From: Deltaproteobacteria bacterium
GTDB lineage: Bacteria; Myxococcota_A; Polyangia; Fen-1088
Reading direction: 5' to 3'
Assembly: GCA_033763315.1 (NCBI GenBank)
Contig: JANRKS010000032.1
Location: forward strand, 1-64,000
DNA length: 64,000 bases
Part shown: one piece after another, positions 6,809 to 17,408 of the stretch
How positions within the stretch are numbered: position 1 is the first letter of the stretch
Layout: each line of letters begins with the position of its first letter
The notes under the pieces: model-generated
What the model was told of the DNA's origin: nothing
The model's database searches: none
Seen by the model: the letters and a program-made list of their open reading frames with translations, nothing else
Position numbers and translations under genes: made by a program

Positions 6809-8716
6809 GTGAGTCTGCTCATGCGACTCTTGCTGCTCACGCCGCCCATGGTTCAGCTAAACACGCCCTATCCCGCAACGGCGTATTTGACGGGCTATCT
6901 GCGTCAGGCTGCACCGGCGTGGCAGGTGAGCCAAGCCGATCCCGCGATCACCTTGTTTCTGCGGGTGTTTTCGCGGCGAGGCCTGACGGATGTGGCGCGC
7001 GTCTTGGCACAGCACGCCCAGCCGACGGCGCGTGTTGTTGCATTCGTGCAAAACGCTGATCGGTATATCAACACAGTGGACGCCGCGGTTCGCTTCCTTC
7101 AGGGCCGCGATCCGTCGCTGGCTTTGCGGATTGAGAGCCGAACATTTCTTCCCGAAGGCTCACGGTTTGCGGCCCTCGATGAAACTGCAGACACAATGGC
7201 GTGGGCGTTTGGGGCGCTGGGCACCGCCGACAAAGCCAAGCATTTGGCAAGCCTTTACATCGACGACGTCGCGGACGTTGTGCGCGAAGGTCTCGACGCG
7301 CGCTTTGAATTGTCGCGGTATGCAGAATCACTGGCCAGCAGCGCGCCCACGTTTGACCCCCTTGATGAAGCGTTGGGGGCGCCCCCGTCACTCATAGATT
7401 CGTGGCTTGATGACATCGCTCGCGAACTTGTGGCCCAGCACGCGCCTGACGTCGTTGGCATCACCGCTCCGTTTCCGGGCAATGTGTATGGCGCCTTTCG
7501 CATAGCACGCGCCATTAAAGAGGCCTCGCCTCACACAAAGCTTGTGCTGGGTGGCGGGTATGTGAACACGGAACTACGTGATCTAAGCGAGCCACGGGTG
7601 TTTGAGTATTTCGACTACATTACGCTTGATGACGGCGAGCGCCCCTTGCTGGCGCTGCTTGAACATCTGCAATCACGTGGCAGCACACCGCTGTTTCGCA
7701 CGTTCGTGCGCGAAGGCGGCCGGGTTGTCTACAAGAGCAACCATGAGATGCACGACGTGCCCCACCGTGACACGGGCGTGCCGACGTACGACGGATTGCC
7801 CCTGAACGATTATCTATCGTTGTTCGAGATGCTCAACCCCATGCACCGTTTGTGGTCGGACGGGCGTTGGAACAAGTTGACGGTGGCACACGGCTGCTAC
7901 TGGAAAAAGTGCAGCTTCTGTGATGTGACGCTCGATTACATCAGCCGGTACGATGCGGCCAGCGCTGACGTGCTGGTGGATCGCATTGAATCGCTTGTGG
8001 CAGAAACGGGACAAACAGGCTTTCACCTTGTTGATGAAGCCGCCCCACCCGCAGGCCTGCGCGCCTTGGCTGAACGTTTGCTCGCACGCGACGTTGTGAT
8101 CACATGGTGGGGCAACATTCGGTTTGAAAAGACGTTCACGCCCGAGCTCGCGCAGTTGCTGGCACGCTCGGGCTGTGTGGCCGTCAGCGGTGGTTTGGAA
8201 GTGGCATCTGATCGCTTGCTCAAGCTTATGCAAAAAGGCGTGACGGTGGAACAAGTGGCGCGCGTCACCAAGGCGTTCGCGGACGCCGGGATTATGGTTC
8301 ACGCTTACCTGATGTATGGCTTTCCCACCGAGACGATGCAGGAAACCATCGATTCACTCGAACGCGTGCGACAGTTGTTTGAGCAAGGCTGCTTGCAATC
8401 TGCCTATTGGCACCGCTTTGCTGCCACCGCCCACAGCCCCATTGGCAAGCAACCCGACGCGTTCGGCATTCGCTTGCGCCCTCCACCCGCGGTCACTTTC
8501 GCGCGCAATGAACTGCCGTTCGAAGATCCCACGGGTTGTGATCACGACTTCCTTGGCCATGGGTTGCGCAAGGCGCTTTACAATTACATGCACGGCCTGG
8601 GGTTCGAGGTGGATTTGCGGTCGTGGTTTGGCACGCCCCGCGAGCGACGCGCCGCCAACGTTCCGAACCCCCAGGTGCCACGCGATTTGGTGCAAAAGGC
8701 GCTGCAAGCGCTTTAG
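6809..8716 (+). CDS. B12-binding domain / radical SAM protein
   Basis: CYWKKCSFC (CxxxCxxC), N-terminal B12-binding-like region, VDEAAPP and AYLMYGFP. Confidence 0.88.
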   Translation: MSLLMRLLLLTPPMVQLNTPYPATAYLTGYLRQAAPAWQVSQADPAITLFLRVFSRRGLTDVARVLAQHAQPTARVVAFVQNADRYINTVDAAVRFLQGRDPSLALRIESRTFLPEGSRFAALDETADTMAWAFGALGTADKAKHLASLYIDDVADVVREGLDARFELSRYAESLASSAPTFDPLDEALGAPPSLIDSWLDDIARELVAQHAPDVVGITAPFPGNVYGAFRIARAIKEASPHTKLVLGGGYVNTELRDLSEPRVFEYFDYITLDDGERPLLALLEHLQSRGSTPLFRTFVREGGRVVYKSNHEMHDVPHRDTGVPTYDGLPLNDYLSLFEMLNPMHRLWSDGRWNKLTVAHGCYWKKCSFCDVTLDYISRYDAASADVLVDRIESLVAETGQTGFHLVDEAAPPAGLRALAERLLARDVVITWWGNIRFEKTFTPELAQLLARSGCVAVSGGLEVASDRLLKLMQKGVTVEQVARVTKAFADAGIMVHAYLMYGFPTETMQETIDSLERVRQLFEQGCLQSAYWHRFAATAHSPIGKQPDAFGIRLRPPPAVTFARNELPFEDPTGCDHDFLGHGLRKALYNYMHGLGFEVDLRSWFGTPRERRAANVPNPQVPRDLVQKALQAL

Positions 8717-8856
8717 CGGACGCCCTGTTGCCACGCGAACATATTGCCGCGGGCGGCAGCTGCGGCGCGAGATCTGCGCGTTATTGATGCGTCAACGGCC
8801 GATTCGGCTTCTGGAACGAGGCTTGCTGCGGTAAACGTCTCTGCGGAGACATCTTC

Positions 8857-9318
8857 ATGAACAACCTATTCGATCACGCAACGGCGCAAGCCCATGTCTG
8901 GGTCAAAGACATGATGAGCGAGCTTGGCACCAACGAGCCGCAAAAGGCGCTGCGCGCGCTGCGTGCGGGGCTACAAGCGCTGCGCGACCGGATGTCGGTT
9001 GAAGAGGCTGTGCAGCTAAGCGCGCAGTTGCCGCTGCTGATTCGAGGCATATTCTTCGAGGGCTGGGTGACAAAGGGCAAGCCGCTTCGCATTCGCCACA
9101 AGGATGAGTTCTTGGATCTGTTGCTCGAAAAGTACGGCCCCGACAAACACGCCATTGATGGTGCCACCGCCCACGCAGCCGAGATCATTCAAGCTTTGTT
9201 TCAAGTCTTGAACCGCCACGTGAGCCAAGGTGAAGTCACGAACATCATGATGACTTTGCCTGAGGAACTGGCCACCTTGGTGGCAGGCCGTTCCGGTGAC
9301 GAGGACGACGACAGCTAG
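8857..9318 (+). CDS. DUF2267 family protein
   Basis: ALRAGLQALRDR...EEAVQLSAQLPLLIRGIFFEGW pattern; GGAG RBS. Confidence 0.85.
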   Translation: MNNLFDHATAQAHVWVKDMMSELGTNEPQKALRALRAGLQALRDRMSVEEAVQLSAQLPLLIRGIFFEGWVTKGKPLRIRHKDEFLDLLLEKYGPDKHAIDGATAHAAEIIQALFQVLNRHVSQGEVTNIMMTLPEELATLVAGRSGDEDDDS

Positions 9319-9330
9319 CTTTGTGAACGC

Positions 9331-10743
9331 TCACAACTCGGAAGACACTTCGGCCTCGTAGGCCGTTTGTGCGCAATCATCAGGGTGCCTTTCGGGGAGC
9401 AGCCACCGGCCCAACGCCAACGCGACCAAGCCCGCAACGACGCTTGCGCCCAACACGCCGAGCTTGGCGGCGGCCAGCAACCGCAGATCACTGAATGCCA
9501 ACTGTGCGATGAACAGCGCCATCGTAAAGCCCACCCCTGCAACGGCGCCAAGCACCAGCAAGTGTCGGTTACCAATGCCGCGAGGCAAGGCGCCCACGCC
9601 CAAGCGCACGGCGAGCCACGCCGCTGCAAACACGCCGACCGGTTTGCCGATGAGCAAACCCACCGCCACGGCGCTGGCCACTGCGATGTTGATGACGCCC
9701 TCACCCGTCACGCGCACGCCCGCGTTAGCGAGCGCAAAAATCGGCATAATGCCGAACGCCACCCAAGGATGCAGCGCCTGGATCAAACTTTCAGCGGGCG
9801 ACATCGCTTCGCGGCGGATGAGATCCACCCGTCGCAAAGACTCCGCCCAGTCGTGATCCGTCATACCCTGCGCTTGCGGCGACGAAAGTTTCGCCAACTG
9901 CGAGCGAACACCGGCTATGAACCCCTCGGTGCCCAACCACGCGCGTACAGGTGTCACCACGCCCACCAGAACCCCTGCGATCGTCGGATGAACGCCCGCG
10001 ATGTAAACACCGGCCCACGCCACGACCGCGGGTGCAATGTAGGCCGGCTTGGCGCGCACGCCGATGGCCTGCATCAGGAAGATGCCACCGAAACCGCCCG
10101 CGGCGATCAACAACCCATGTAGCGCGAAAGACTCGGAGTAGAACAGCGCAATGACGATGATCGCTCCCAAGTCGTCGATCACGGCCACCGCCAGAAGCAA
10201 CACGCGCAACGCGGGAGGCACACGTTTGCCAAGCAACGTAAGCGCGCCCAAAGCGAAGGCGATGTCAGTGGCCATGGGCACGCCCCAGCCATCGCGCGTC
10301 GCCGGCGCACCGGCCACAGCAAGATACAACGTGGCAGGCACCAACATCCCTCCGAGCGCCGCCAACACCGGCACCGCCGCACGCCGCCACTGCGACAACT
10401 CCCCGTGATGCAGTTCGCGACGGATTTCCATGCCCACCACGAAGAAGAAGATCACCATGAGGCCGTCGTTCACCACCCACTCAAGCGAGCGAAAGAACGC
10501 AAAGCCTCCCACCGCGAAACCGACCCGTGTGTGCCAAAACGCGGTGTAGCTTTCGTGCCATCCAGAGTTCGCCCAAAGCAAAGCCACGGCAGCGGCGAGC
10601 AGCAACACGATGCCGCTGGCAGCTTCGATGTGTAAGAACTTGTCGATGGGCCGCAAGGCCGCCCGTGCCGCGCGAACCAATGTGCGCGACGCTTCGGGGG
10701 GCACCCCGCGCAGCTGAAATTCGTGGGACGAATCGAGCTTCAT
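9331..10743 (-). CDS. nhaA: Na+/H+ antiporter NhaA
   Basis: WVVNDGLM, GWGVPMATDIAF, AVIDDLG, FALANAG, GKPVG and GVGFTMALFI. Start reassigned to ATG 10743. Confidence 0.95.
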   Translation of the reverse strand: MKLDSSHEFQLRGVPPEASRTLVRAARAALRPIDKFLHIEAASGIVLLLAAAVALLWANSGWHESYTAFWHTRVGFAVGGFAFFRSLEWVVNDGLMVIFFFVVGMEIRRELHHGELSQWRRAAVPVLAALGGMLVPATLYLAVAGAPATRDGWGVPMATDIAFALGALTLLGKRVPPALRVLLLAVAVIDDLGAIIVIALFYSESFALHGLLIAAGGFGGIFLMQAIGVRAKPAYIAPAVVAWAGVYIAGVHPTIAGVLVGVVTPVRAWLGTEGFIAGVRSQLAKLSSPQAQGMTDHDWAESLRRVDLIRREAMSPAESLIQALHPWVAFGIMPIFALANAGVRVTGEGVINIAVASAVAVGLLIGKPVGVFAAAWLAVRLGVGALPRGIGNRHLLVLGAVAGVGFTMALFIAQLAFSDLRLLAAAKLGVLGASVVAGLVALALGRWLLPERHPDDCAQTAYEAEVSSEL

Positions 10744-10809
10744 CAGCAAGCAGTCTAGCCTTCCGACGCTGCGGGAGTAAAAGCAAACGTGGCTTGAGCC
10801 GCCTGGCGG

Positions 10810-12840
10810 ATGAAAAGCCCTGCGCGGCAAGCCTGGATTCGCATGAAAATGCGGCGCAGAATGGCTCCACCCATGACGAGGATCTTGTCGCAGCTTCAAG
10901 GTTGGTGGTCAAAACGTAACCAACAGCTGCTGCCCATCATATTCGCCGAGACGGCACCACTTGATCTGCGCATCGTGGGCCGGATGTTGTTGCATGCAGC
11001 GTTGGTGGGTGCGGCCGCTGGCCTGGCGGGCGTTTTGTTCTTTGGCGGCCTTGAGTACACGCAGCGTTTCTTGCTTGAGGCCTTGGCGGGATACACGGCG
11101 CTTAAAGCCCACGGCGAAACGTTCGCGACACATGAAGCGGCGCACACGTTTCGGCCGTGGCTCTTGGTGTTGCTGCCAGCGTTGGGGGGATTGGCTTGCG
11201 GCCTTGTGACCCGGTTTGCGCCTGAGACGCGTGGCGGGGGCGGCGACGCCATGATCGATGCGTTTCATCACAAAGGTGGCGTGATCCGCGCGCGCGTGAT
11301 CTGGATGAAGGCGCTTGCCTCCTTGTGCACCTTGGGCACGGGCGGGGCGGGTGGCCGCGAGGGGCCCACCATGCAAATTGGCGGTGCATTGGGATCATTG
11401 GTGGCGCGCGTATTAAAAGTGGGCGCGCGCGAACGGCGCATCTTGCTTGTGGCTGGTGTGGCCGCTGGCATCTCAGCCGTGTTTCGCACGCCTTTGGGTG
11501 CGGCGTTGTTGGCGGTTGAAGTGCTTTACCGCGATGGCTTCGAGTCCGATGCGCTCGTGCCTTCCATCCTCGCAAGCGTGGTTGCGTATTCGATCGTGAT
11601 ATCCGTGTTCGGTGAAAGCACGTTGCTTGCACACGCGCCACGGTTTGGCTTCGTGCCCGCGCACTTGCCGCTTTATGGCTTGTTGGCTTTGATCGTCGCG
11701 GCGTTGGCCGCCGCGTTTGTGTCTGTGCTGCGCAGCTTTCGCCAGTTCTTCAAGGAACTAAAAGTGCCCGATTGGGTGAGGCCGGGCGTGGGCGGATTGC
11801 TTTTGGGTGTGCTGTCTACCTCGCTCATCTTGGCGGTGGGCGCGGTCACGAACACAAATGGGCAAGGCATCGGCCTGCTTGGAGGTGGATACGGCGCCGT
11901 GCAAATGGCGATTAGCGGTTCGCCTTGGTTGCCTGACGGTTGGTTGGCTGTCGAGCTGCTGTTGCTCTTGTCCGTCACCAAGATTTTGGCGGCATCATTA
12001 ACGATTGGTTCAGAGGGAAGTGCGGGTGATTTCGCGCCGTCGCTGGCGATCGGTGGCTTGTGTGGCGGTGCGTTTGGCCGCGCGGCGCAGTTGTTGTTGC
12101 AAGATCCGCGGCTCGATCCCGGTGCCTTTGCGTTGGTGGGCATGGGGGTGTTTTACGGAGGCATTGCGCATGTGCCGCTGAGCGCGTTGGTGTTGGTCTG
12201 CGAACTCGCAGGCAATTACGATTTGCTGGTGCCGTTGATGTTGGCCCAAGGCATCGCCTTCATAGCGTTGCGAAAACGCCAGCTCTACGACGCGCAGGTG
12301 CCCACGCAGCGTGATTCGCCAGTGCATCGTGAAACGCTCTTGCTTGACGTGCTTAAGGCGATCCGCGTGCGTGATTTTGCGGTGATGGGACGGCCATTCG
12401 TGACGCTTTCGCCCCGCACCGCCGCTGGGGAGATCTTGCGGCACGCCAGCGAAGCCACGTGGCAATCAGTGTTTCCCGTGGCGCAGGACGGGAAGCTGGT
12501 GGGTTTGGTCAGTGCCGCCAACACGCGCATTTTAGCCAGCGAACGCGCGGACACGTCGTGGGCATTGGCCGCCGACATCATGCAGCCGCCGCTTTCAGTA
12601 TACGTGGACGACGATCTGCGAACGGCCACTGAAAAGCTGGTGTCGAACGGGTTGCGTGCCATTCCGGTTGTGAACGACAGCAAAACCATCGTTGGCTTCT
12701 TAGACGAAAGCGACGTGGCCAAAGCCTATCTCAAGGCGGCAGGTCCCGATGATAGCTATGTTCGCTCCAACACCAGTGGCATCATCGTGGTCGCAGATCT
12801 CGATGTGCCGACGTCGGGGCCAAGCGTGACCCGCGAGTGA
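10810..12840 (+). CDS. ClC chloride channel/transporter with C-terminal CBS domains
   Basis: GREGP gating motif, GAGISAVFRTP-like segment, GDFAPSL and a CBS pair. Start uncertain (10810-10873). Confidence 0.92.
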   Translation: MKSPARQAWIRMKMRRRMAPPMTRILSQLQGWWSKRNQQLLPIIFAETAPLDLRIVGRMLLHAALVGAAAGLAGVLFFGGLEYTQRFLLEALAGYTALKAHGETFATHEAAHTFRPWLLVLLPALGGLACGLVTRFAPETRGGGGDAMIDAFHHKGGVIRARVIWMKALASLCTLGTGGAGGREGPTMQIGGALGSLVARVLKVGARERRILLVAGVAAGISAVFRTPLGAALLAVEVLYRDGFESDALVPSILASVVAYSIVISVFGESTLLAHAPRFGFVPAHLPLYGLLALIVAALAAAFVSVLRSFRQFFKELKVPDWVRPGVGGLLLGVLSTSLILAVGAVTNTNGQGIGLLGGGYGAVQMAISGSPWLPDGWLAVELLLLLSVTKILAASLTIGSEGSAGDFAPSLAIGGLCGGAFGRAAQLLLQDPRLDPGAFALVGMGVFYGGIAHVPLSALVLVCELAGNYDLLVPLMLAQGIAFIALRKRQLYDAQVPTQRDSPVHRETLLLDVLKAIRVRDFAVMGRPFVTLSPRTAAGEILRHASEATWQSVFPVAQDGKLVGLVSAANTRILASERADTSWALAADIMQPPLSVYVDDDLRTATEKLVSNGLRAIPVVNDSKTIVGFLDESDVAKAYLKAAGPDDSYVRSNTSGIIVVADLDVPTSGPSVTRE

Positions 12841-12962
12841 TGAGTGCCTCAAGTCGCTGTGCAGATCGGCACAGTTGATCGTGTTTCGCACGAGGCCGAG
12901 ACCTAATGCCGCCTTCGCCATGCCAGTTATTGATGGAATCCATCTTGCAACTCAGCTGCGCG

Positions 12963-14921
12963 ATGACTTTTACGCGCGCAAGAAGCTATGGCCTTGTTTT
13001 AACGATGGTGTTTGCCACGCAGGGCCATGCGGTGCACGCCGCCACCTACCTCAACGATCAAGTGGCTAAGGCGGGCGAAAGCATTTCTCCCCAGCATTAT
13101 CGCGTGTATATCCCCGATGGCGTTGCGAAAGTACGCGCGGTCATCATTCATCAACATGGCTGTGGGCGGGGCGACTGGAACACCGCCTGGGACGTGCATT
13201 GGCGGGCCTTGGCTGACAAATGGGACGCGGCTCTTGTTGCGCCATTTCTCGAAGGCGATTGCGGCACTTGGTACAAACCTTCCAACGGCACATGGCGCGC
13301 CTACACCGATGCGCTGAAGGCGATCGGGGAGCAAAGCGGCCACCCCGAACTACCCAACGTCCCGCTGGCATTGTGGGGGCATTCGGGCGGCGGGGACTGG
13401 GTGACGCAAATGATGAAGGCGTATCCAGACCGCGTGGCGGCCGCCGTGGCGCGCTCGGGCGGAAGCGATCCCGGCATGCAGGCCGATGGCATTCCGGCGT
13501 TGTTGGTGCGCGGAGGCGATACAGACATCGGCACGGATGTGCGGACGTGGTTTACCAAAGCACGCGCGAGGGGGGCGCTGGTTGCTTTGGCCCGCGATCT
13601 AGATCAATGGCATGAATGTGCCGACCTGCGCGTTCTGGCGATTCCGTTTTTGGACGCTGCCTTGGCCGTGCGCTTGCCGCAGCCCGCAGCCCCAAGCGGC
13701 GCTTTGCGCGTTGTGAATGAAAGCGACGGTTGGTTGGGTGACGCTGCTAACTTCAGCGTCAGCGCGGTGGTTGCCTTTTCAGGCGACAAAACCAAGGCCA
13801 ACTGGCTGCCGAACGAAGCGCTCGCCCGTAAGTGGAGCGAGTTTGCCAATCCCAAAAGCAAACAGGGCACGGGCTGGGTCACAGACACCACGCCGCCCGA
13901 CAGCAAGCCGTGGGATGTGAGCGCAACGATCGCGGGCAATGCCGTGACGTTGGCCTGGCGTGCACGGGCGGATTTGGATTCGGGCATCAAAGCGTTCGCC
14001 ATTTTCCGCGACGGCGTGCAAGTGGGCATGTTGGGTGGCAACGCCGGCACGGCCAACGCCGGCGGTGGATTCTTTCAATGGGGCGCCTTTGGCGACGAAG
14101 CAGATCCGGGGCCCGCGATGCCAAGCACATCCAGCTTGTGGCCGTTCCCCGCAAGCTGGAAAGATATGAACGTCAGCAATGGCGCACACCAATACGCGGT
14201 GGCCACGATCAACGGCTCTGGTTTGCTGAGCGACAAAAGCACCGCCGTGCCCGTGTTCATCGGAACGGCCACTGACAAAACACCGCCCACGCTTTCGCTG
14301 GGGACGCCGGTGACAGTCGACAGCGGCAAAACTGGCTCGCACAACGCATCGGTCACGTCGATCAACTTGGCGGGCACAGCGTCTGACAATGAAGCTGTGG
14401 CGTCGGTGAGCTGGTCTAATGATCGCGGCGCCTCGGGCGTGGCTTCGGGCACAACGGCGTGGTCGGCGAACGCGGTGCCTCTGTCTGCGGGCGCGAACAC
14501 GATCTCGTTGAAGGCGTTTGATGCCGCCGGCAACAGCGTCACGACAACGCTTGTGATCAACACAACCGCGACCTCTATGGGCACCATGATGACCGGAGGC
14601 ACCTCGGGAGCGGCTGGCGGCGCCGCGGGCGCAAGTGCCGGTGGCGCCGCGGGCTCGTCGTCCACAAGCGAAGGAGCAGGTGGTGCGGTTATGGGGGTAG
14701 GTGGCGCGCCCGGAGTCGGTGGGGCGGATCAAACGGGATCGGGCGATCTCGGCGACGACACAGAAGCCAATTCGGGTTGTTCCTGCCGTTTTGCCGGGCG
14801 CGGCCACACGAGCGCGATGCCAGCGTGTTTATTCATGGCGACTCTCGTGGCCGGCCTGCGCATGGGCCGGAAGGCATCACGCGCCAAAGCAAAGCGCGTG
14901 GCTTCCGGCCGGCTCAGATGA
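12963..14921 (+). CDS. Secreted alpha/beta-hydrolase (esterase-like) with Fn3/Ig-like domains and a MYXO-CTERM-like anchor
   Basis: Signal peptide, GHSGG nucleophile elbow, beta-rich C-terminal domains, Gly/Ala linker, then SGCSC, a hydrophobic stretch and a basic tail. Confidence 0.75.
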   Translation: MTFTRARSYGLVLTMVFATQGHAVHAATYLNDQVAKAGESISPQHYRVYIPDGVAKVRAVIIHQHGCGRGDWNTAWDVHWRALADKWDAALVAPFLEGDCGTWYKPSNGTWRAYTDALKAIGEQSGHPELPNVPLALWGHSGGGDWVTQMMKAYPDRVAAAVARSGGSDPGMQADGIPALLVRGGDTDIGTDVRTWFTKARARGALVALARDLDQWHECADLRVLAIPFLDAALAVRLPQPAAPSGALRVVNESDGWLGDAANFSVSAVVAFSGDKTKANWLPNEALARKWSEFANPKSKQGTGWVTDTTPPDSKPWDVSATIAGNAVTLAWRARADLDSGIKAFAIFRDGVQVGMLGGNAGTANAGGGFFQWGAFGDEADPGPAMPSTSSLWPFPASWKDMNVSNGAHQYAVATINGSGLLSDKSTAVPVFIGTATDKTPPTLSLGTPVTVDSGKTGSHNASVTSINLAGTASDNEAVASVSWSNDRGASGVASGTTAWSANAVPLSAGANTISLKAFDAAGNSVTTTLVINTTATSMGTMMTGGTSGAAGGAAGASAGGAAGSSSTSEGAGGAVMGVGGAPGVGGADQTGSGDLGDDTEANSGCSCRFAGRGHTSAMPACLFMATLVAGLRMGRKASRAKAKRVASGRLR

Positions 14922-14924
14922 TCA

Positions 14925-17357
14925 TCACACGCGCTTCGCCACCACTTTGACGGTTTGGCCCGCTTTCGCTGAGGGCACAACCAACCCATCGATGGCTTCG
15001 CCGTTCACTTCAAGCTGCCAACGTGTGCCACCGTTGTTCTCAATCTTGATCTCAAAGGTGGCGCCACGCCACTTGCGGCGCACGTTCGCGTCCTTGATCT
15101 CCGCTGGCAAACACGGCTCAACCCGCAGACCTTCGTTGTCGGGACGCACGCCCAGAATGTGTTGAGCGATGGCCACGAAGTTCCAGGCGGCTGTGCCCGT
15201 AAGCCACGAGTTCTTCGCTTCTCCGTGTCGCGCGGCCGCCTTGCCAGCGATCATTTGCGAATACACGTAAGGCTCGGTGCGGTGGACCTCACTTATCTCC
15301 TCGAGGTAAGCGGGGGCGATCTGGCTCCAGTACTTAAAAGCGCGATCGCCGCGGCCCAATTTCGTTTCTGCTATCACGATCCACGGGTTGTTGTGGCAAA
15401 AGATGCCCGCGTTCTCTTTATAGCCAGGTGGGTAAGACGAAATCTCCCCCAGCTCTTTGTGGTATTCGGCGTAAGGCGGATCTTGCAGCACGATGCCGTA
15501 CTTTGTGTTCAATCGCTCGTTGACGGCATCAAGCGCCCGTTTGGCGAAACCATCTTCGATGCCCTGGCCGCCCATGATGCACCAGCCTTGGGATTCGATG
15601 AAGATCTGGCCATCTTTGTTCTCGGCGCTGCCGATTTTCTTGCCGAAGAAGTCATAAGCGCGTAGGAACCAATCTTTGTCGCGGCCGTGCGTGTCGATCG
15701 CCCTGCGCATGTTGACGATGTGTTGTTCGGCGGCCTGTGCCTCGGCTTCATGCCCGCGTGCGCGCAGGATGTGAACGAAGTCGGGCCCAATGGCCACAAA
15801 CATGCCCGCGATCATCAGCGATTCCGCCGTGCGGCCGCTGCGGTTTTGCGTGGTCTGGAACGATTCGTCAGGCTTTTCCGAGAAGCAGTTCAAATTGAGG
15901 CAATCGTTCCAGTCGGCGCGGCCAATGAGCGGCAGTCCGTGGGGGCCCAGGTTTTCGATCACGTGGCCGAACGAGCGGCGCAGGTGTTCAAGCAGCGTGC
16001 CGCCTTTGCTGGCGTCGTGGTCAAACGGCACCTGCACATCCAAAATGGCATCGTCGCCTGTTTCGCGCATATACGCCATGACGCCTGAGATCAGCCACAA
16101 GGGATCGTCGTTGAAGCCGCTGCCGATCTCGTCGTTGCCGCGTTTGGTGAGCGGCTGATATTGGTGGTAAGCGCTGCCGTCGGCACGCTGGGTGGCCGCG
16201 ATGTCCAAGATGCGCTCGCGGGCGCGTTCGGGGATCATGTGCACCACGCCCAAGAGATCTTGGTTCGAATCGCGGAAGCCCATGCCGCGGCCAATGCCCG
16301 ATTCAAAGAACGAGGCGCTGCGGGACATGTGGAACGTCACCATGCACTGGTATTGGTTCCAAATGTTCACCATGCGGTCGAGGCGCGGATCGCTTGACGA
16401 CACTTGGTAATTGGAAAGCAACTCATCCCAGTGGGCGGCCAGAGCGGCGCGCGCTTGCGCCACTTGCGCGGGCGTCGAGAACTTTTGCGTGAGCGCTTCG
16501 GCGCGCTGCTTGTTGATCACGCCTGGAGCGGCCCACTTCTCGGCCACGGGGTTCTCCACGTAGCCCACGATGAAGATGAGCGACTGCGTTTCACCGGGCG
16601 CCAGGTTCAACGTGACTTGGTGTGCGCCGATGGGGGACCAGCCGCTGGCGACCGAGTTACGGCATTCGCCTGCCAGCACCGCCTGGGGCTCGTGTAATCC
16701 GTTGTAAAGGCCAACAAACGTTTCTCGATCTGTGTCGAACCCGGTGACCGCGCGGTTCACGTGAAAGAAGGAATAGTGGTCGCGGCGTTCACGGTATTCG
16801 GTCTTGTGGTAAAGCGTGCTGCCACCGTTGGCCACTTCCACTTCACCGGTGCTGAGGTTGCGTTGAAAATTGGTGGAATCGTCAAGCGCGTTCCACAAGC
16901 AGAATTCAACGAACGAGAACAGTTCAACCTTCTTGGCCGACGTCGTGCGATTCTCCACGGTGAACTCGCACACTTCAGCGGTGGCGCCCAACGGAACGAA
17001 GAAGTTTGCTGTGGCGCGCAGGCCGTTGCGCTCTCCGGTGATCTTTGTGTATCCCAAGCCATGACGGCATTCGTAAAAGTCGAGCGGCTTTTTCATCGGC
17101 ATGAACGTGGGCGTCCATGCATCGTCACCGTCGCGCAGATAGAAGTATCGGCCACCCATGTCGGCCGGCACGTTGTTGTAGCGAAAGCGCAGCAAACGCC
17201 GCAGACGGGCGTCGCGGTAAAAGCAATAGCCCGCAGCTTGGTGCGAGATCAGCGAGAAGAAATTCTCTGAACCAAGATAGTTGATCCAGGGATAAGGGGT
17301 CTTGGGCGTGGTGATGACGTATTCGCGGTTGGCGTCGTCGAAGTGACCAAACTTCAT
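14925..17357 (-). CDS. cbp: Cellobiose phosphorylase (GH94), cytoplasmic
   Basis: [39 protein letters not shown], catalytic [21 protein letters not shown] and [10 protein letters not shown]. No signal peptide. Confidence 0.93.
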   Translation of the reverse strand: MKFGHFDDANREYVITTPKTPYPWINYLGSENFFSLISHQAAGYCFYRDARLRRLLRFRYNNVPADMGGRYFYLRDGDDAWTPTFMPMKKPLDFYECRHGLGYTKITGERNGLRATANFFVPLGATAEVCEFTVENRTTSAKKVELFSFVEFCLWNALDDSTNFQRNLSTGEVEVANGGSTLYHKTEYRERRDHYSFFHVNRAVTGFDTDRETFVGLYNGLHEPQAVLAGECRNSVASGWSPIGAHQVTLNLAPGETQSLIFIVGYVENPVAEKWAAPGVINKQRAEALTQKFSTPAQVAQARAALAAHWDELLSNYQVSSSDPRLDRMVNIWNQYQCMVTFHMSRSASFFESGIGRGMGFRDSNQDLLGVVHMIPERARERILDIAATQRADGSAYHQYQPLTKRGNDEIGSGFNDDPLWLISGVMAYMRETGDDAILDVQVPFDHDASKGGTLLEHLRRSFGHVIENLGPHGLPLIGRADWNDCLNLNCFSEKPDESFQTTQNRSGRTAESLMIAGMFVAIGPDFVHILRARGHEAEAQAAEQHIVNMRRAIDTHGRDKDWFLRAYDFFGKKIGSAENKDGQIFIESQGWCIMGGQGIEDGFAKRALDAVNERLNTKYGIVLQDPPYAEYHKELGEISSYPPGYKENAGIFCHNNPWIVIAETKLGRGDRAFKYWSQIAPAYLEEISEVHRTEPYVYSQMIAGKAAARHGEAKNSWLTGTAAWNFVAIAQHILGVRPDNEGLRVEPCLPAEIKDANVRRKWRGATFEIKIENNGGTRWQLEVNGEAIDGLVVPSAKAGQTVKVVAKRV

Positions 17358-17408
17358 GGGCGTGTGCTTTCTTCGTTGCGGGGGACCATCATACAGAACG
17401 CGTGAGCG

